Shown here: positions 29,742 to 41,623 of the stretch, one piece after another
Layout of the letters: the number at the start of each line of letters is the position of its first letter
Position numbering within the stretch: position 1 is the stretch's first letter
Assembly (NCBI RefSeq): GCF_000002075.1
Contig: NW_004797410.1
Location: 146,815 to 210,814, forward strand
Length of the DNA stretch: 64,000 bases
Origin: Aplysia californica
Taxonomy: Eukaryota
Reading direction: 5' to 3'
The notes under the pieces: generated by a model
Databases searched by the model: none
Seen by the model: the letters and a program-made list of their open reading frames with translations, nothing else
Told to the model about the DNA's origin: nothing
Made by a program: the position numbers and the translations under genes

Positions 29742-30175
29742 ATGCGAGGAATCGTGGGGAAATCAGTCACTCATCAAAATAAGGAAAACAAAGTAAGCGG
29801 CATTTTTTTTTGCACGTTTGGTCATTTTGATAAAATTTTGGTTTTTCGGTTCAACACCTTTTATATCCTTGTTAAAACACCTTACTGTGTGGATTTTACT
29901 GAAAAACATTGATCAAAGACACCAAAAAAATGTAAAATTACAGTTTCCAAGGACTCAAGCATTGAAAGTCATCAAACTTTGAAGGCCATTTTCTCAATAA
30001 TTTTACCTCAGATACCACATGATCCCCACCTCATTCAATCTTAAATATCTTGACTTTTAATCAAGATAAATGGGTATTTTTTCATCAAAAGCAAGAGAAA
30101 CGAACAAACTTTTAACTAATAACTCCACATGCTAAAAAACTGATGAGCACCTGATTCCACCGCGCCGCGACACAT
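29742..30175 (+). mobile_element. MITE family A, copy 3
   Basis: atgcgaggaatcgtggggaaatcagtcactcatcaaaata ... gagcacctgattccaccgcgccgcgacacat. Confidence 0.75.
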
Positions 30176-30474
30176 GTTGAAAATCATAAAATGCATATTC
30201 AACATGAAAAAAACATTTTCTATTTAAAAGAGCATGTCTAAATACTTTGAGAAAGACTTTGAAATTTCCAAAATACCCCCCCTCCCCCAGGAGAAACCCC
30301 ACTGATGATACACATTTATTTTCCATATTATTAAATAAATTTTGGAACCAATATACAGTGACAGGTAAACATATTCTGTAGAACCGTTAACTTTGATGAA
30401 AGATCAAAAAAGGAACATGAAGAGAATGAGAAAACTGATTTTTGCTGTATAGCATTCTCTCAAATCTCAAATAC

Positions 30475-30681
30475 CTTGAGTAAAAGAGCAAACTCCAGAA
30501 CCCTCCGGATGGGCCTTGGGAAAGCTCTAGCGTATGTGATAGTGATGCGGTAGAACAAGGCATGGAACAGTCTGTTCTGGAAGTGAAAGAACGGGTTGTT
30601 GTCTCCACCACGAGCTCCGTTGTTGTTGTTGCGGGCTCTTGCACCACCCAAACCACCGATATTGTTGCCTTGGTTGTTCAT
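30475..30681 (-). CDS. TMEM259: Membralin coding exon 1 (MNNQGNN...NPFFHFQNRLFHALFYRITITYARAFPRPIRRVLEFALLLK)
   Basis: Conserved RLFHALF...TYAR.FP...RR..EF..LLK motif; donor at 30474. An acceptor at 30704-30705 implies a non-coding exon further upstream. Confidence 0.9.
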
Positions 30682-31418
30682 GGTTTCTCTTCAAGGCACC
30701 TATCTGGAACATACAAGACAGATTTTGTTTTATTAATGGGTCAGTTGTTTCAAATGTGATTCACGTTACCTGTGCAATCTAACTCCAGTGTTCTGAATTA
30801 AAAGCAAGTTACGCTGGAGCTCAGTCTTCCATAGGGCCAATAAAACCATTGCAAATCGATTGTAAAAAAAAAATAAAATAAAACTTTTTAATGGCAAAAT
30901 ATCAAATTATGGTGAAATACTGGGGGACATACCCCCAGAAATTCCCGAAATTGTAAAAAATATGCGAAACAGCAATTAGGCCTATAGTAATATATATTAT
31001 AGTTCGTATGGAAATTTTATGTGTGAGCATTTGAGGGGAGTTGGAGCTATAATTATAATTGTGATGCATCTGCATCTCATCTCTACTGATGTTCCACTCC
31101 CAAAAGGCTTGTACCTACGCCCCTCCCCATTAACATCCATGCTGGCCGCACATCCAACCTGTCCTGACCCTGCACACTCTAAGACACGATGTCTTATTAA
31201 CACTTAACATACCTATGGCGCAATATTGCGCCGGCACCGACGATGCCTTTCTTACCTACCCGACACCGGTACACATTTTTACGACATCACCGGGTCACGT
31301 TGGTGGCAGGAAATTCAAGGGACGTTACTCTCAGTGCACTACAAATGGTTGGCGAAGCTTTGTGGGGTTTTTTCATGGCGATTTGTGAAGCTTTTCTGAA
31401 TTCTAGGCTATTTTAGCC

Positions 31419-34400
31419 ATGGAACAGGACCCTACCTATACATTAGCCAGTGACTCAGGATCAGAACTGTCAGGGATTAGTGAAGAAAACTCGCCAAGTC
31501 TTCAGAACGTAAGTTTGGGGGACAGAGAGAACGATTTCGATAGTGAAGGAAGTAGATCTAGTGATGAAGAGAATGAGGTCGCGTCAAATGAAATGAGGGG
31601 GTCACGGTCAAGGACGGGTAGACCTGGACCTGGACAGATAAGGGGGCGTGGCACTAATGAACAGCTGTTTCAGTGGGATGAGTATCCAGACGAGGACCCA
31701 TTTGAGCAAAGTTGGCTCAAGGATTTTGATGTAGAAAGTGAAGGTATGAGTCAAGAGTTTTTAGAATTATCAGCTGGTGAGAAGGCAGTGGAATATTTCA
31801 AGTTGTTTTTCCCTGTTGAAGTCGTAGAGTCAATGGTGACAGAAACCAATAGATATGCGCACCAAGTATTGGATGGCCAAGGTGACACATACAGGAAAGA
31901 TCAGTGGTTTGATACAACAGAGGATGAGATGAGAGCATTCATAGGGCTACAGATATGTATGGGGCTGTACCCCCAGTGTTCCATAGTGAATCAATGGAGT
32001 CCAACCTTCATATATGAAAACAAGTTCGGAGAAGTCATGGGCCGAAACAGATACCAATATCTGAATGGATTTCTTCATTTTTCTGATAATACTGGAAGAA
32101 TAGCAAGAGGGCAACCAGGATATGATCCTATTTCCAAGGTGAAACCATTGATAGATGAAACCAAGAACCTGTACAAAAGCATTTACTCACCTGGAAGAGA
32201 CATATGAGCCATTGCCAAAACGTGGGGAAAAACACACACATCTCACATTAGTGTGCATAAAATGTGATGCATTAGTATTTATTCCTCCAAAACGTATACA
32301 CATGTCAAATATAGGATGTAGAACCTGCATTAGCAGTTTCAGACCCCTTGTCAGCTTTACAATCTTGAGTTTGTAAATTTTGTGCCAAAAATGTTCGTTT
32401 TTTAGTGATTCCTGGAGTGTCATTTTGAGCACACCAATGCAAACTTCCAAGAATGTCCAAAATTTAGTATTTTTGGGTGTGTTTTTTTTACGTGTGCTTT
32501 GATCCTATGCTATTTGTCATTGAGAAAGGTTAACTTGCTCAAGAAATCGGTTTATTTGTTTGCAAATAGACGAACAATTCGGATTACTTGTGTGTCTGTC
32601 GTGTCGTCACGGACTAGGTGTTTCAGAAAACACCATTATTTTTCAGTAGAATCACCGTAGCTGGTTAAATCTCTTTGCCTATCGTCGTTTATTCAATACT
32701 TCAAAAGCCGCAATGCGCGAAAGGAACATCGGGTTCTATGATTTCGGTCGGCCGTTTAACGTTCGCCGTTATTGTCGTCAATTTGCGACGTGCCGGAAGT
32801 CCGAATTTCGCCCACTTTTGTTTTGAACGGGTCATCAAAAGTGCCCGGATATAATTGTTTTCTTGAGTGACTTCCCCTTACCCGCGTCCCCAGAACAACG
32901 GAAGCAACGGGGGAAACAGAAAAACGAAAGTAGTCATTGCCTTCAGCGTCCGGTGACGCACAAGAATGTTGCGTTGAATGTGACGTACTGGGCTGTTTTG
33001 CGTGTTTTTAGGCTACTCTGTTGAATATTTTAGTAAAATTGCGGTGTTTACACTGGATTCCTGGAACAAGAGTGTGATGTGTGAACAAACTTCGAGAGAT
33101 GGATCATTTCTGTGGTTATAGATTTAGCTTTTGTGCTCAGTGATGACGTTTGGGGTGTCGTCATGCAGCCGTACAAGACTGACTAACGTACAAGAAATTA
33201 CATTGTCCTAAGAGCAAACATTTTTTAAGTAATGTGTGCTCTCTTTACTCAAACAAATAAACAAACTTGTCCTTGTTTATCTAACTCAAAAATACACATT
33301 TGTTCTTTGTTGGTATGATATATACCTTTTTCCAATACATTGTGTCATTATGTCATCATTGTTATGTACAAGTAATATTTTTCATAATTGCTAATATCAA
33401 TAAGTTTTGAACATATATTTCATACATGCAAGATTCATTTAGAAGCAAAATACGCCTTTATTGATCTGTGTATCTCTTAGTGCAAATTTGGTCTTTGTAG
33501 GCATGATTTTACCTTTTCCCAGTATGTTTTGTCATCACTGTTATGTACGAGTACTGTTTGTCATAATTAGCCACATAATTGTGATCGTCCACTGTCTTTG
33601 ATATGACCTGGTATCTGTTTCAAAGCAAAAGAAACCTCTCCTGTTTTTTTTAAAATTCTTAAAGTGCGCTTTTATCTCTGGAGGCAAGACTTTTGTCTTT
33701 TCCTGTACATTGTGTCATCATTGCTATGTACAAGTCATGTTTGTCATCACTGTTTACAAGTCAGCTCCATTGATTTTGTGCTTTTGCCTCATATTAGTTA
33801 AAAAATTGTTTTACACTTGTGTTTTTCTGGTACTGAGGCTTTGATAACTGTATTTGTACAGCCTTTCACTATTGTGATGTGTTGTCAATGATAATGTCCA
33901 ATGTGCATCCTTTCTTGTACATAACAATGATGATATGTTCTGACCACTGCGTCATTGTTACAAAGCTTGCCATTCATATACCATTATGAATGGAGTTCAT
34001 AGTGTACAAAGTGTTTGTTTACTAAACAAATGGAATTTAAAGTCTATAATTTGCCTTGCTGCTTATCTGTTTGTGTCATCACTGTTACATACAAAAAATA
34101 CAGTAGTTGCCAAACCAATAGACCCATATCTCCAAAACCGTACATCTCCTTGCTCTGATACTCTAGGAATATGAGCACTAAATGTCAATATGTGACTGAC
34201 AGAAAAGAGAGTCAAATTGGTAAGAAAAATTTTTTTGCACCACTGAGTCTCAAGAGAGTCTCACGTTTTGGCAATTGCTCATATAAGTATAGACGAAACC
34301 ATGATCGCCTTCAAAGGTAGACATATTTCAAAACAATATCTGCCAGACAAACCCTATAAGTGGGGATTCAAACTGTTTACAGCAGTGGACCCCAAGTGTA

Positions 34401-35295
34401 ATTATTGTTTTGAATATTCCTTCTACACAGGGAAAAATTACTATGAAACAGGACGTGAAGGTGTTGGAGAGGCCATAGTGAAGAAACTCATGACTGATTA
34501 TCTCGGCAAAGGGCATGTCTTATTCACCGACAGTTTTTATACATCCCCTAAACTATTTTCTAAACTCATGGAAAATCAAACTGGTGCTTGTGGGACCTGT
34601 GTGGAGAATAGAAAAGAATTTCCTGCCATGCTGAAGAAAAAGAACTTGAAACTAAAAAAGAATGATGACCCCGTGTTCGCAAGATCAGGAAACCTTGTCG
34701 CCTGCAGTTGGCATGACACCAAGAGAGTGAATATATCCTTAGTACTGTCCATACCAACAACACATGCAACAAAAGAGTAAGATCAAGACATCATGAAGGA
34801 GGTTTTAGAGAGACCACCAAGCCAGTGATGGCAGAAGGATATAACCAGTCCATGGGTGGAGTAGATCATTTTAACCAGAAGATCGTGAACTACTTCTACC
34901 CATATCGTTGCCGAAAATGGTACCACCCTATATATAATTTGTAAAAGAGGTTGCTCTTGTCAATGGACTCACAATTTACAACAAGTGTAACACACCACAC
35001 CTACTCTAACCCCCAGAATGTTTAGATTGCTAGTTGTTGAAGAACTTACCAAAGCCCAAAGAAAACAAAAACGTCAACAAAAAATCAATACGGAAATAGA
35101 GAAAAAAATATCGTGATCTCAACTCTGAGGATCGACTGTCTGTTGCTGCTTCAAACCACTTTCCAATGCAATATATGATAGTAGCAGGCCTAGATGCAAA
35201 GTTTGTGCAGCTGCAGGAGCCCAGAGAGTGCAAACTTCATACTACTGTGCTGGATGTGAAGTCCCACTTCCTGTTTTCGCCTCTTTCACACGACA
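31419..35295 (+). pseudogene. piggyBac (PGBD-like) transposase, disrupted by an insertion and frameshifts
   Basis: Acidic N-terminus, ETNRYA, MGRNRY..L..FLHF, SIDETMIAFKGR..KQYLPDKPYKWGFKLF, FTDSFYTS, YNQSMGGVD (after a 2-nt frameshift near 34733), and a Cys-rich CKVC...YYCAGCEVPL end at about 35195-35295. Confidence 0.92.
32204..34282. mobile_element. 2.08-kb non-coding TIR element nested in the piggyBac transposase
   Basis: TIRs atgagccattgccaaaacgtg / cacgttttggcaattgctcat match 20 of 21. Removing it plus one AT restores GAC ATA AGT ATA GAC (D-I-S-I-D). Confidence 0.9.
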
Positions 35296-36308
35296 AATGA
35301 CTATGCGGCAGTAAGAAGAGCCACCCCAACACCCTCCAAGCCATCAAAGAGGGCAAGGCAGGGTGCAGAGCCACTGTAGAGACCCCTACCCACTACCAAA
35401 GGCAGCACGAAAGCAAAGTCAATAATTTTAGGTGAGCTACAAGCATGCAAAGTTCAGTGATGTTTTCTTTCTATTTTGAATTTTTTCCATGTTTTCGCAT
35501 TATCAGCATGCATGTTTTCTGCTTTGTTTGGCCTAGATGTTGTGCTACTAACACTTTTTCCGGGTTGTATTTGCTTCTTCACTCATTTCTCTTCAACCTA
35601 TCACAAAACTGAGTCAATTCCAGCACTTGAACATTTTTTATTACTTTTTTTTATAACGTACCCTTCATTCTTCTACTTACTTCATTAGTATTCAAAATGG
35701 CCGCCGTGATGTCATCCCCTAATTTGCATAATTGCCGGGATTTTGAACATTTCATTTAGTCATAAGTAACATGAGAAAATTTCATAGCATTTGGTCCGCT
35801 TGTTTTGTCTCAGGAATTTTTTAAAATCTGCAACCAATTTTTTGGCTATCTTTCTCTGAGGCTGCGGTATTTAGGGGCTATTCAGCGCACCAAACCGCGG
35901 TACTTTAAGTGTTAAATGCATGTGTTGGTGCGAAAGAAAGCTTTCAATTGGTCGCAAAAGATGTATGCAATAGGCTCTAATTAGGCTAGGTATGTTATGA
36001 TCCATGGTGCAGGTTCGATTGATGGTTCTTGGAAAAGAGCCATTGTAGGAGAAAAATGCATGAAGCCACTTTAGCAGACAAGCTTCACCTGGCAAGCGAC
36101 TTCATTGGGTTTAAGTTTGCCCTAATGCGGTTCTTGAATTCTGAGTTATTTTGTTGATTTAAATGAATAATATATCTCCCCCCCCCCCCCCAAGGATATC
36201 CATTGACCTACTTTCCTTGAATTCAATTTTTCAAATCTAAATTTATTGAATCCGAGTTTCACTGTATTCGGAGTGAGGATTCTGAGGCAACGCTTAAATA
36301 AAGTTTTA

Positions 36309-36994
36309 ACTCTGATCCTGCGAAAAACGCCTTCTTATTGATCTATGACCTACTTACGTCGGCTGATAAGATGCTGAGAGCGAAAGTTACAACAAATCAA
36401 ATTCCTATTCTAGAGCTCACACTTTTTACTAACAAAGTCGCTCAGCTATCACTTGAAAGGGACAAAAAATGTGATAGCCTCCAAATATTTTTTTCCATTC
36501 AGTTCGCTTTTTTTCCCCTCAGTTGCTCTCAAATTTCGCCTTCTGGTAGGGCAATGGTTTTCCAAACCATCAAACGTAATATATTGCATCAGGAAATAGC
36601 GTTTTGAGTAAAAACTGGCTCGTTTGAAAAGTGTGAAAAGGTGTTTGCTTTGAAAGATGGAGGTATATTCCTGAACATCCTTTCACATTCCTCAAGTGTT
36701 TAACTGAGTCAAAATGCTCATATTTCAAATTTCATTGGATGAACATCTTTACCAACGCTACATTTTTTATAATACCAATGCTTCGCATTTCGAAACAATG
36801 CAAAAAATTCCAGAGGCGCACAAAAACACAAGCAGATTGATGCATACACATAGCACAAAAGTGCAGACCCCGCAGGATATGCGGCGTTGTTAGCCAAGTG
36901 GAACGGTGCACCAAGTCAGGACAAGCTGGGAAAAGTCGCACCAGAATGCACTTTTATCGGTGTACACATTAATTCGGGACCCGAATTTTAAGGG
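36309..36994. mobile_element. Possible decayed piggyBac-type MITE
   Basis: Right end ...aattcgggacccgaatttta-aggg|TTAA (subterminal near-palindrome plus piggyBac-like end). The left end TTAA|ctct matches only weakly. Confidence 0.35.
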
Positions 36995-37049
36995 TTAACG
37001 TCTATCCCACAGACAGTGTGTGCCTCTGCCTAGTGAAAGGTACCAAGTG

Positions 37050-37400
37050 ATGCATTTTGAAGAATCCCGTGTTTTTACATTCAAAGCGAATCGTGAATCG
37101 CGTTCCGCAGGCAAGAGTGGCGATTCAGTTCCGTTCTCGTGTTCACGACCCAGCAGTACCACCTATTTCCCACTCTATCTTTCTCTCGTTCCCTCCTGCC
37201 AACTGGAGTATAATGTCATACATTTTGCTAACTTCCCCCTGCTTGCTCTCTTTCTCTCTCACACACACACTGCCGGAAAGTAAAGTGAGATGGGGAGCTT
37301 TGAAAGGAAGAATAGCGGACCGACTAGGCACCACGGCCAGGGGCACATAGTGAAAGTAGTTCCGACCGGTGGTTCAGTAAAGTACAATCCTCGGCCTACC
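37050..37400. promoter_or_regulatory. Putative bidirectional promoter region for membralin (-) and BABAM1 (+)
   Basis: Relatively CpG-rich non-TE segment between two divergently oriented genes that both appear to have non-coding first exons; ETS-like CCGGAA near 37273. Inference. Confidence 0.4.
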
Positions 37401-38181
37401 AGTCATTTAATGAGATCTATTGATTCTATATATTATAATGATTATTATTGGTATATCTTGCAGAAGTGCAAGCCTTCTAGATCTACTTGCTGCCTTGGGA
37501 ATCCCCTGCCTTGTCTACTTTTCACATCCTCAGTCTCAGAATGTCTGTTTCCAGTTTGTGGTCTTCAAAAATGTTTTCAAGCGATATAAACGCTTTAAAT
37601 GCAATACTGACGAAACAAAACAACACATACACACACCGTGTTGAACAACTGGGTGGTACTCCTTTCGCAACACCAGCCTATCACCTATTCTGACTCCAAA
37701 GGTGGAGGGGTTTATGCTTTCTATCTTGGGTCAATTGGCCGACATTTTGGCTTTGAGAGAGAAATCCGGGTGTATGCTCTAATCCAAACAACATAAAAAT
37801 GTTTAGCCAAAATTCTTTGAAAGCAAGAAAAAATTTTCCTTCAATATATAAATTTTATAATTGTGCTATATAAGAAGCGTTATAAACATATGTTTAGCTT
37901 TTTGCTAGATTTTACTGCCTAAAATCTTAATTTACAACTTTATTTAGAGATTATCAAAGGGACACTACTCTTACAGACTGAGTCATATCTGTCTGGACAT
38001 TAAGAAAAGAAGAGATGTAAACATTCGCCTGGCGAACATAAACATTGAACGTCAAACAGCTTATGATCTGGTCATTTATAGATCTAGGTTCTAGTATAAA
38101 CGCAGATTTCTGAAAAGAATACTTCGGTTATACAGCTTCATGTTTTTTAAATAAATATTCTGCCTGTTGAATACAGATGAA

Positions 38182-38619
38182 ATGGATGTTCCTGACAAGA
38201 CAGTATCATGCTCTTCTCTTGAGCACAGTGATCTTGATGTAGAAGACCTTGGTCTCTCTCCGACACCAACGCTGACAACTGCATGTGCTGGGACTGGTAG
38301 ACCTAGCAAAAGAAATCCGAATGCTGATGTACTAGAAGATTGTGACGTCATACTAGAAAAGCCTGTTATAACATCGAACGACCCAACTTCAGGTGTTGAT
38401 GAAAGAAAAAACAGAATGGATGCTGGTGAAAATATTGGTGGCAATGATGATAATGAGTTCAAGACTTCTAAGTCAAAGTCAAATTTAGTTGCAAAACAAC
38501 AAGGGACAGAAATTATGGAAAATGTTGTGCAAGAAAATCAAGCTACAAGCAGAGACGGTACAAAGATACAGAATCCACCAACAGTTGTATGCCCACGCGT
38601 TAACTGTCCTGAAAAGATA
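38182..38619 (+). CDS. BABAM1: BABAM1 (MERIT40/NBA1) coding exon 1, acidic N-terminus to PRVNCPEKI
   Basis: PRVNCPEK is the BABAM1 vWA start motif; donor gtaagc at 38620. The start ATG is inferred. Confidence 0.85.
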
Positions 38620-39271
38620 GTAAGCTCTGCTTTTATTTTGGGAAGTGGTAACATGTCTGGCTATTCTCACCCCCTTGTTTTACCAGAAATGACTCTAGAG
38701 GGATCAGGGCTGAGGGTAGCGTCGGTAGTGAGCCTTTTTTGGGGGGCTGGCTCTATTTCTCAGAACGTTTGGGAAAATAAACACTCTATTTCTCCGAACG
38801 GTTTCCGTTCTTGAGATTTGTTGATAATAAGCGAATGGAGTGGCCCGTGTGTGAGCATGTGTGTGTGAGTGTGTGTAAATGTGTATGTGTGTAAGGTGGG
38901 AACAGGGGGGGGGGGGCGAGGAGGGATTTATTTTTTACCTGAAGGATTTTAGTTTCTGCTGGGTGACTAAATGCAAAATAGGTTACTGCCAAGGCCGAGC
39001 AGTTTTCTTGCAGTACCTTTTGAAGGTATTTTCAAATGAAGCATAGTCCAGAAACGTTGTCCCAACCACAACTGAAGTATCTGAATATTCAGACATAAAA
39101 AATCTCTAGATCTAGATCTAGCTCTAGAAATTGAATTTGATGCAAAAAATGCTTCTTCCCAGTCCTCGCAGAATGACAGAATGAAATGATGACGCCTAAA
39201 TCTCGCAAATAACCCAAAAAATCTCGAGATCGGAAACTGTTCGACGAAAAATGTTTTTACATTGGCTGTCG

Positions 39272-41190
39272 TTATTCTCAAATCTCACCTGGGGTGAAAA
39301 TAAAAATATAATTAATTCCGGGATGAGAATAATATCCCACTTTATTCTCACCCAGGGTGAGAATAATATTACAGTAGTCTTCGCCTAAGATCCCGGTGCT
39401 CGGGAGCAAGGAAATCATGCGGGATCTTAGGCGAACCGGGATCTTAACTGATGAACCCAGGGAAGAATCTATTATTGTGACCCATGCTAAGGCCCACAAT
39501 CGGTAAAATGGTCTCCCTCCACTCTAAAATGAACAGACGTGACCTCTCGGTGGGTTTATGACACATGGCGAGCAAAGAGTGGTTAACATTGATGTCCTAT
39601 CACAGTGCATAGAGGCATGAGGTGTGCCATTTTCACTTATTATCCTATCATGAGTCTCAAGATCTACGCCCAGTTGCCCCTCCCCTTTGCCTGTCGAAAA
39701 TATAGCTTTCCATCTCTGACCGAGTCCCCCTCACCCCATACCGCCTTTGTCGTTTCACACCATTACGTTGTGACCACACCAATTAAAATTCAGTCTGTCT
39801 CGCAAATTCGAGAGTAGAGACAACTGCTACAATGGTCAGGGAAGAGTTCACAGTTCAATGTGATCCCGCCTGTAGGCCCTACCCACACAGCGAGTGATGT
39901 AAGTTTCGAAAGAGAGCTCAGGTGTGAGTGCAATGTGTGGAGAAAACAAATGTGTCGGTCAGTTCACACCTCGGTGTGATCCCGTCTGGGGTAAACATTG
40001 TTTCGCTGCATCGAGTTTTACAACGTGTGTATATAATATGATCACATTCACGATAGTGGCTGATTTTTTACTCGACGGACAGTTTATTGATCTCAACTTT
40101 TCACTCTTGGTTGATCGGTTGTGCCCGCCCTGGTTTTTGTTCCTCAAATTATGATCTGAAATGCGGAATCTAAGCGGAATGTAGACCTTCAGAGTGAATC
40201 AGAGCGGGATCTCACTTAGGGGTGACTTTTGTATAGTAAAAATTCTGTTTCCTTAAAACAGCGGGATTTTAAGCGAACTGGGATCGTAAGCGGTGGAATC
40301 TTAGGCAGAGACTACTGTATATTGTTATTCTCACCCCGGGTGAGAATAAAAGGAATCTTCTCACCCGGTCTGAGAATGCAATGGATTTTTAGGTCTACCT
40401 GGGTGTTAAGAACAGATGATAGAAAATAATTTATGAATTGCAAGAGACCTGCCCCAGAGTGCTGGCCAATTTTTCTAGGCTCCCGCGGGATTGTTTCATT
40501 TAAAAAAATATTGAGTTGAGAGTATGCACGCACCTTCACCAAAACCCGAGACAAGTGTAAATATATTCTCAATTCAGAAAGGAATTCATTTGCCACAGTA
40601 GTATGTTTTTAAAAATAGTAGACTCAAGAACTGAAAGCTGTTTAATGAAATAATGTTAGACTAGTAATAGTTTGTCATTGTAATGTTAGAATTGACATTT
40701 GTTTACAACACAGAAAAAATGTTTAATTCTTATCCCTAGCAGAACCCACGATTATTTTTAAGGAACGCAGTGCCTTGACCCTAGGCTTATTTTTTTCTTC
40801 ATTTTGATTGGTTAAACCATTCAAGAGTAAAATGTTCCATTACAGAACCAATAAATTAAAACTGTAGCAACAAAAGGTGACGCTATTTAGTCAAAAGATA
40901 AGGTTTTCCCCCGAATAGACAATAGGCCTAGTCACCTCCCGGGCTCGAGAGCTTGCCTGCTCGTTGGCGATTTTAGTCGCCTCACGCGCTCAGCGTAGTG
41001 AGAGAGGGAGACGAGTTTTGTCGCCTGGAGCGCTCAGTGACAGGGGTCCTATGATGCCCGAAACGGAATTTTGGGGTGAGAATAGTAGGCTGTCGTTATT
41101 CTCACCCAGGGTGAGAATAGTATCAATTTTATTCTCTCCCCGGGTGAGAATAATATCCAGTTTATCCTCCCCCAGGGTGAGAATAATCAC
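39272..41190. repeat. Two arrays of a palindromic TTATTCTCACCCNGGGTGAGAATAA unit (about 33-bp period)
   Basis: About 9 full or partial copies at 39272-39370, 40326-40378 and 41073-41190. Confidence 0.85.
39372..40317. mobile_element. pogo/Tc1-type MITE with TA target duplication, inserted in the palindromic array
   Basis: TA|cagtagtcttcgcctaagatccc ... ggaatcttaggcagagactactg|TA, with subterminal cgggatctta(g/a)gcg repeats. Confidence 0.85.
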
Positions 41191-41564
41191 TCCATTTTAC
41201 ATTATTATTATTCATTCCCAACCACATGCAGTAAGCCACCAAGGGCCTAGGTGATTTTATCGGGCCTGCGAGAGGTCAGGGGGAAGTCCTCACCTCATGC
41301 CCACTTTGTATGGCCTCTTGGTACTAGGCCTAGATCTTGTTACAAGTCAGGGATGAAATATGTTAATGTTACAGTATTCCGTAAATTGTTTTTGAAGTCT
41401 GAAAGATTCTAACATTGATAGATCTAGTAAAAATAAAGAAAAGGGTTGCACTGTGGTCATCGATCAAAATTTTATTTCATATTTAAATCATACATTTTAT
41501 TATGAGCCTTTTGTTTTCACTCAGTGTAATTTTATGCATGGTTGTTAAATATTATCCATTTCAG

Positions 41565-41623
41565 GTTATTTGTTTGGACTTGAGTGAAGAAATGGGTTCC
41601 ACGACTTTTAGTTCAAGAGCAGG
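41565..41623 (+). CDS. BABAM1: BABAM1 coding exon 2 (VICLDLSEEMGSTTFSSRAG)
   Basis: Matches human IICLDLSEEM; canonical splice sites. Confidence 0.93.

Larger units (their letters stand above)
31201..35911 (+). mobile_element. Full-length piggyBac transposon (inactivated), TTAA target duplication
   Basis: TTAA at 31197-31200 and 35912-35915. TIRs cacttaacatacc / ggtactttaagtg match 11 of 13. Encloses a piggyBac transposase. Confidence 0.9.

Noticed and set aside
31419-34780. Domesticated two-exon PGBD gene
   Set aside because: The interruption has TIRs rather than GT-AG borders, downstream frameshifts and stops are present, and the element retains TIRs and TTAA sites.
37977-38017. Small 5' UTR exon of BABAM1 (ttacag|...|gtaaac)
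   Set aside because: Splice-like signals alone are insufficient without transcript data.
38620-38814. C-terminal part of the 215-aa ORF
   Set aside because: Read-through into the intron after the donor at 38620; homology continues in the exon at 41565.
39272-41190. CRISPR-like array (palindromic repeats with variable linkers)
   Set aside because: Linkers are only 8-9 nt, repeats are degenerate, there are no cas genes, and the context is a eukaryotic intron.
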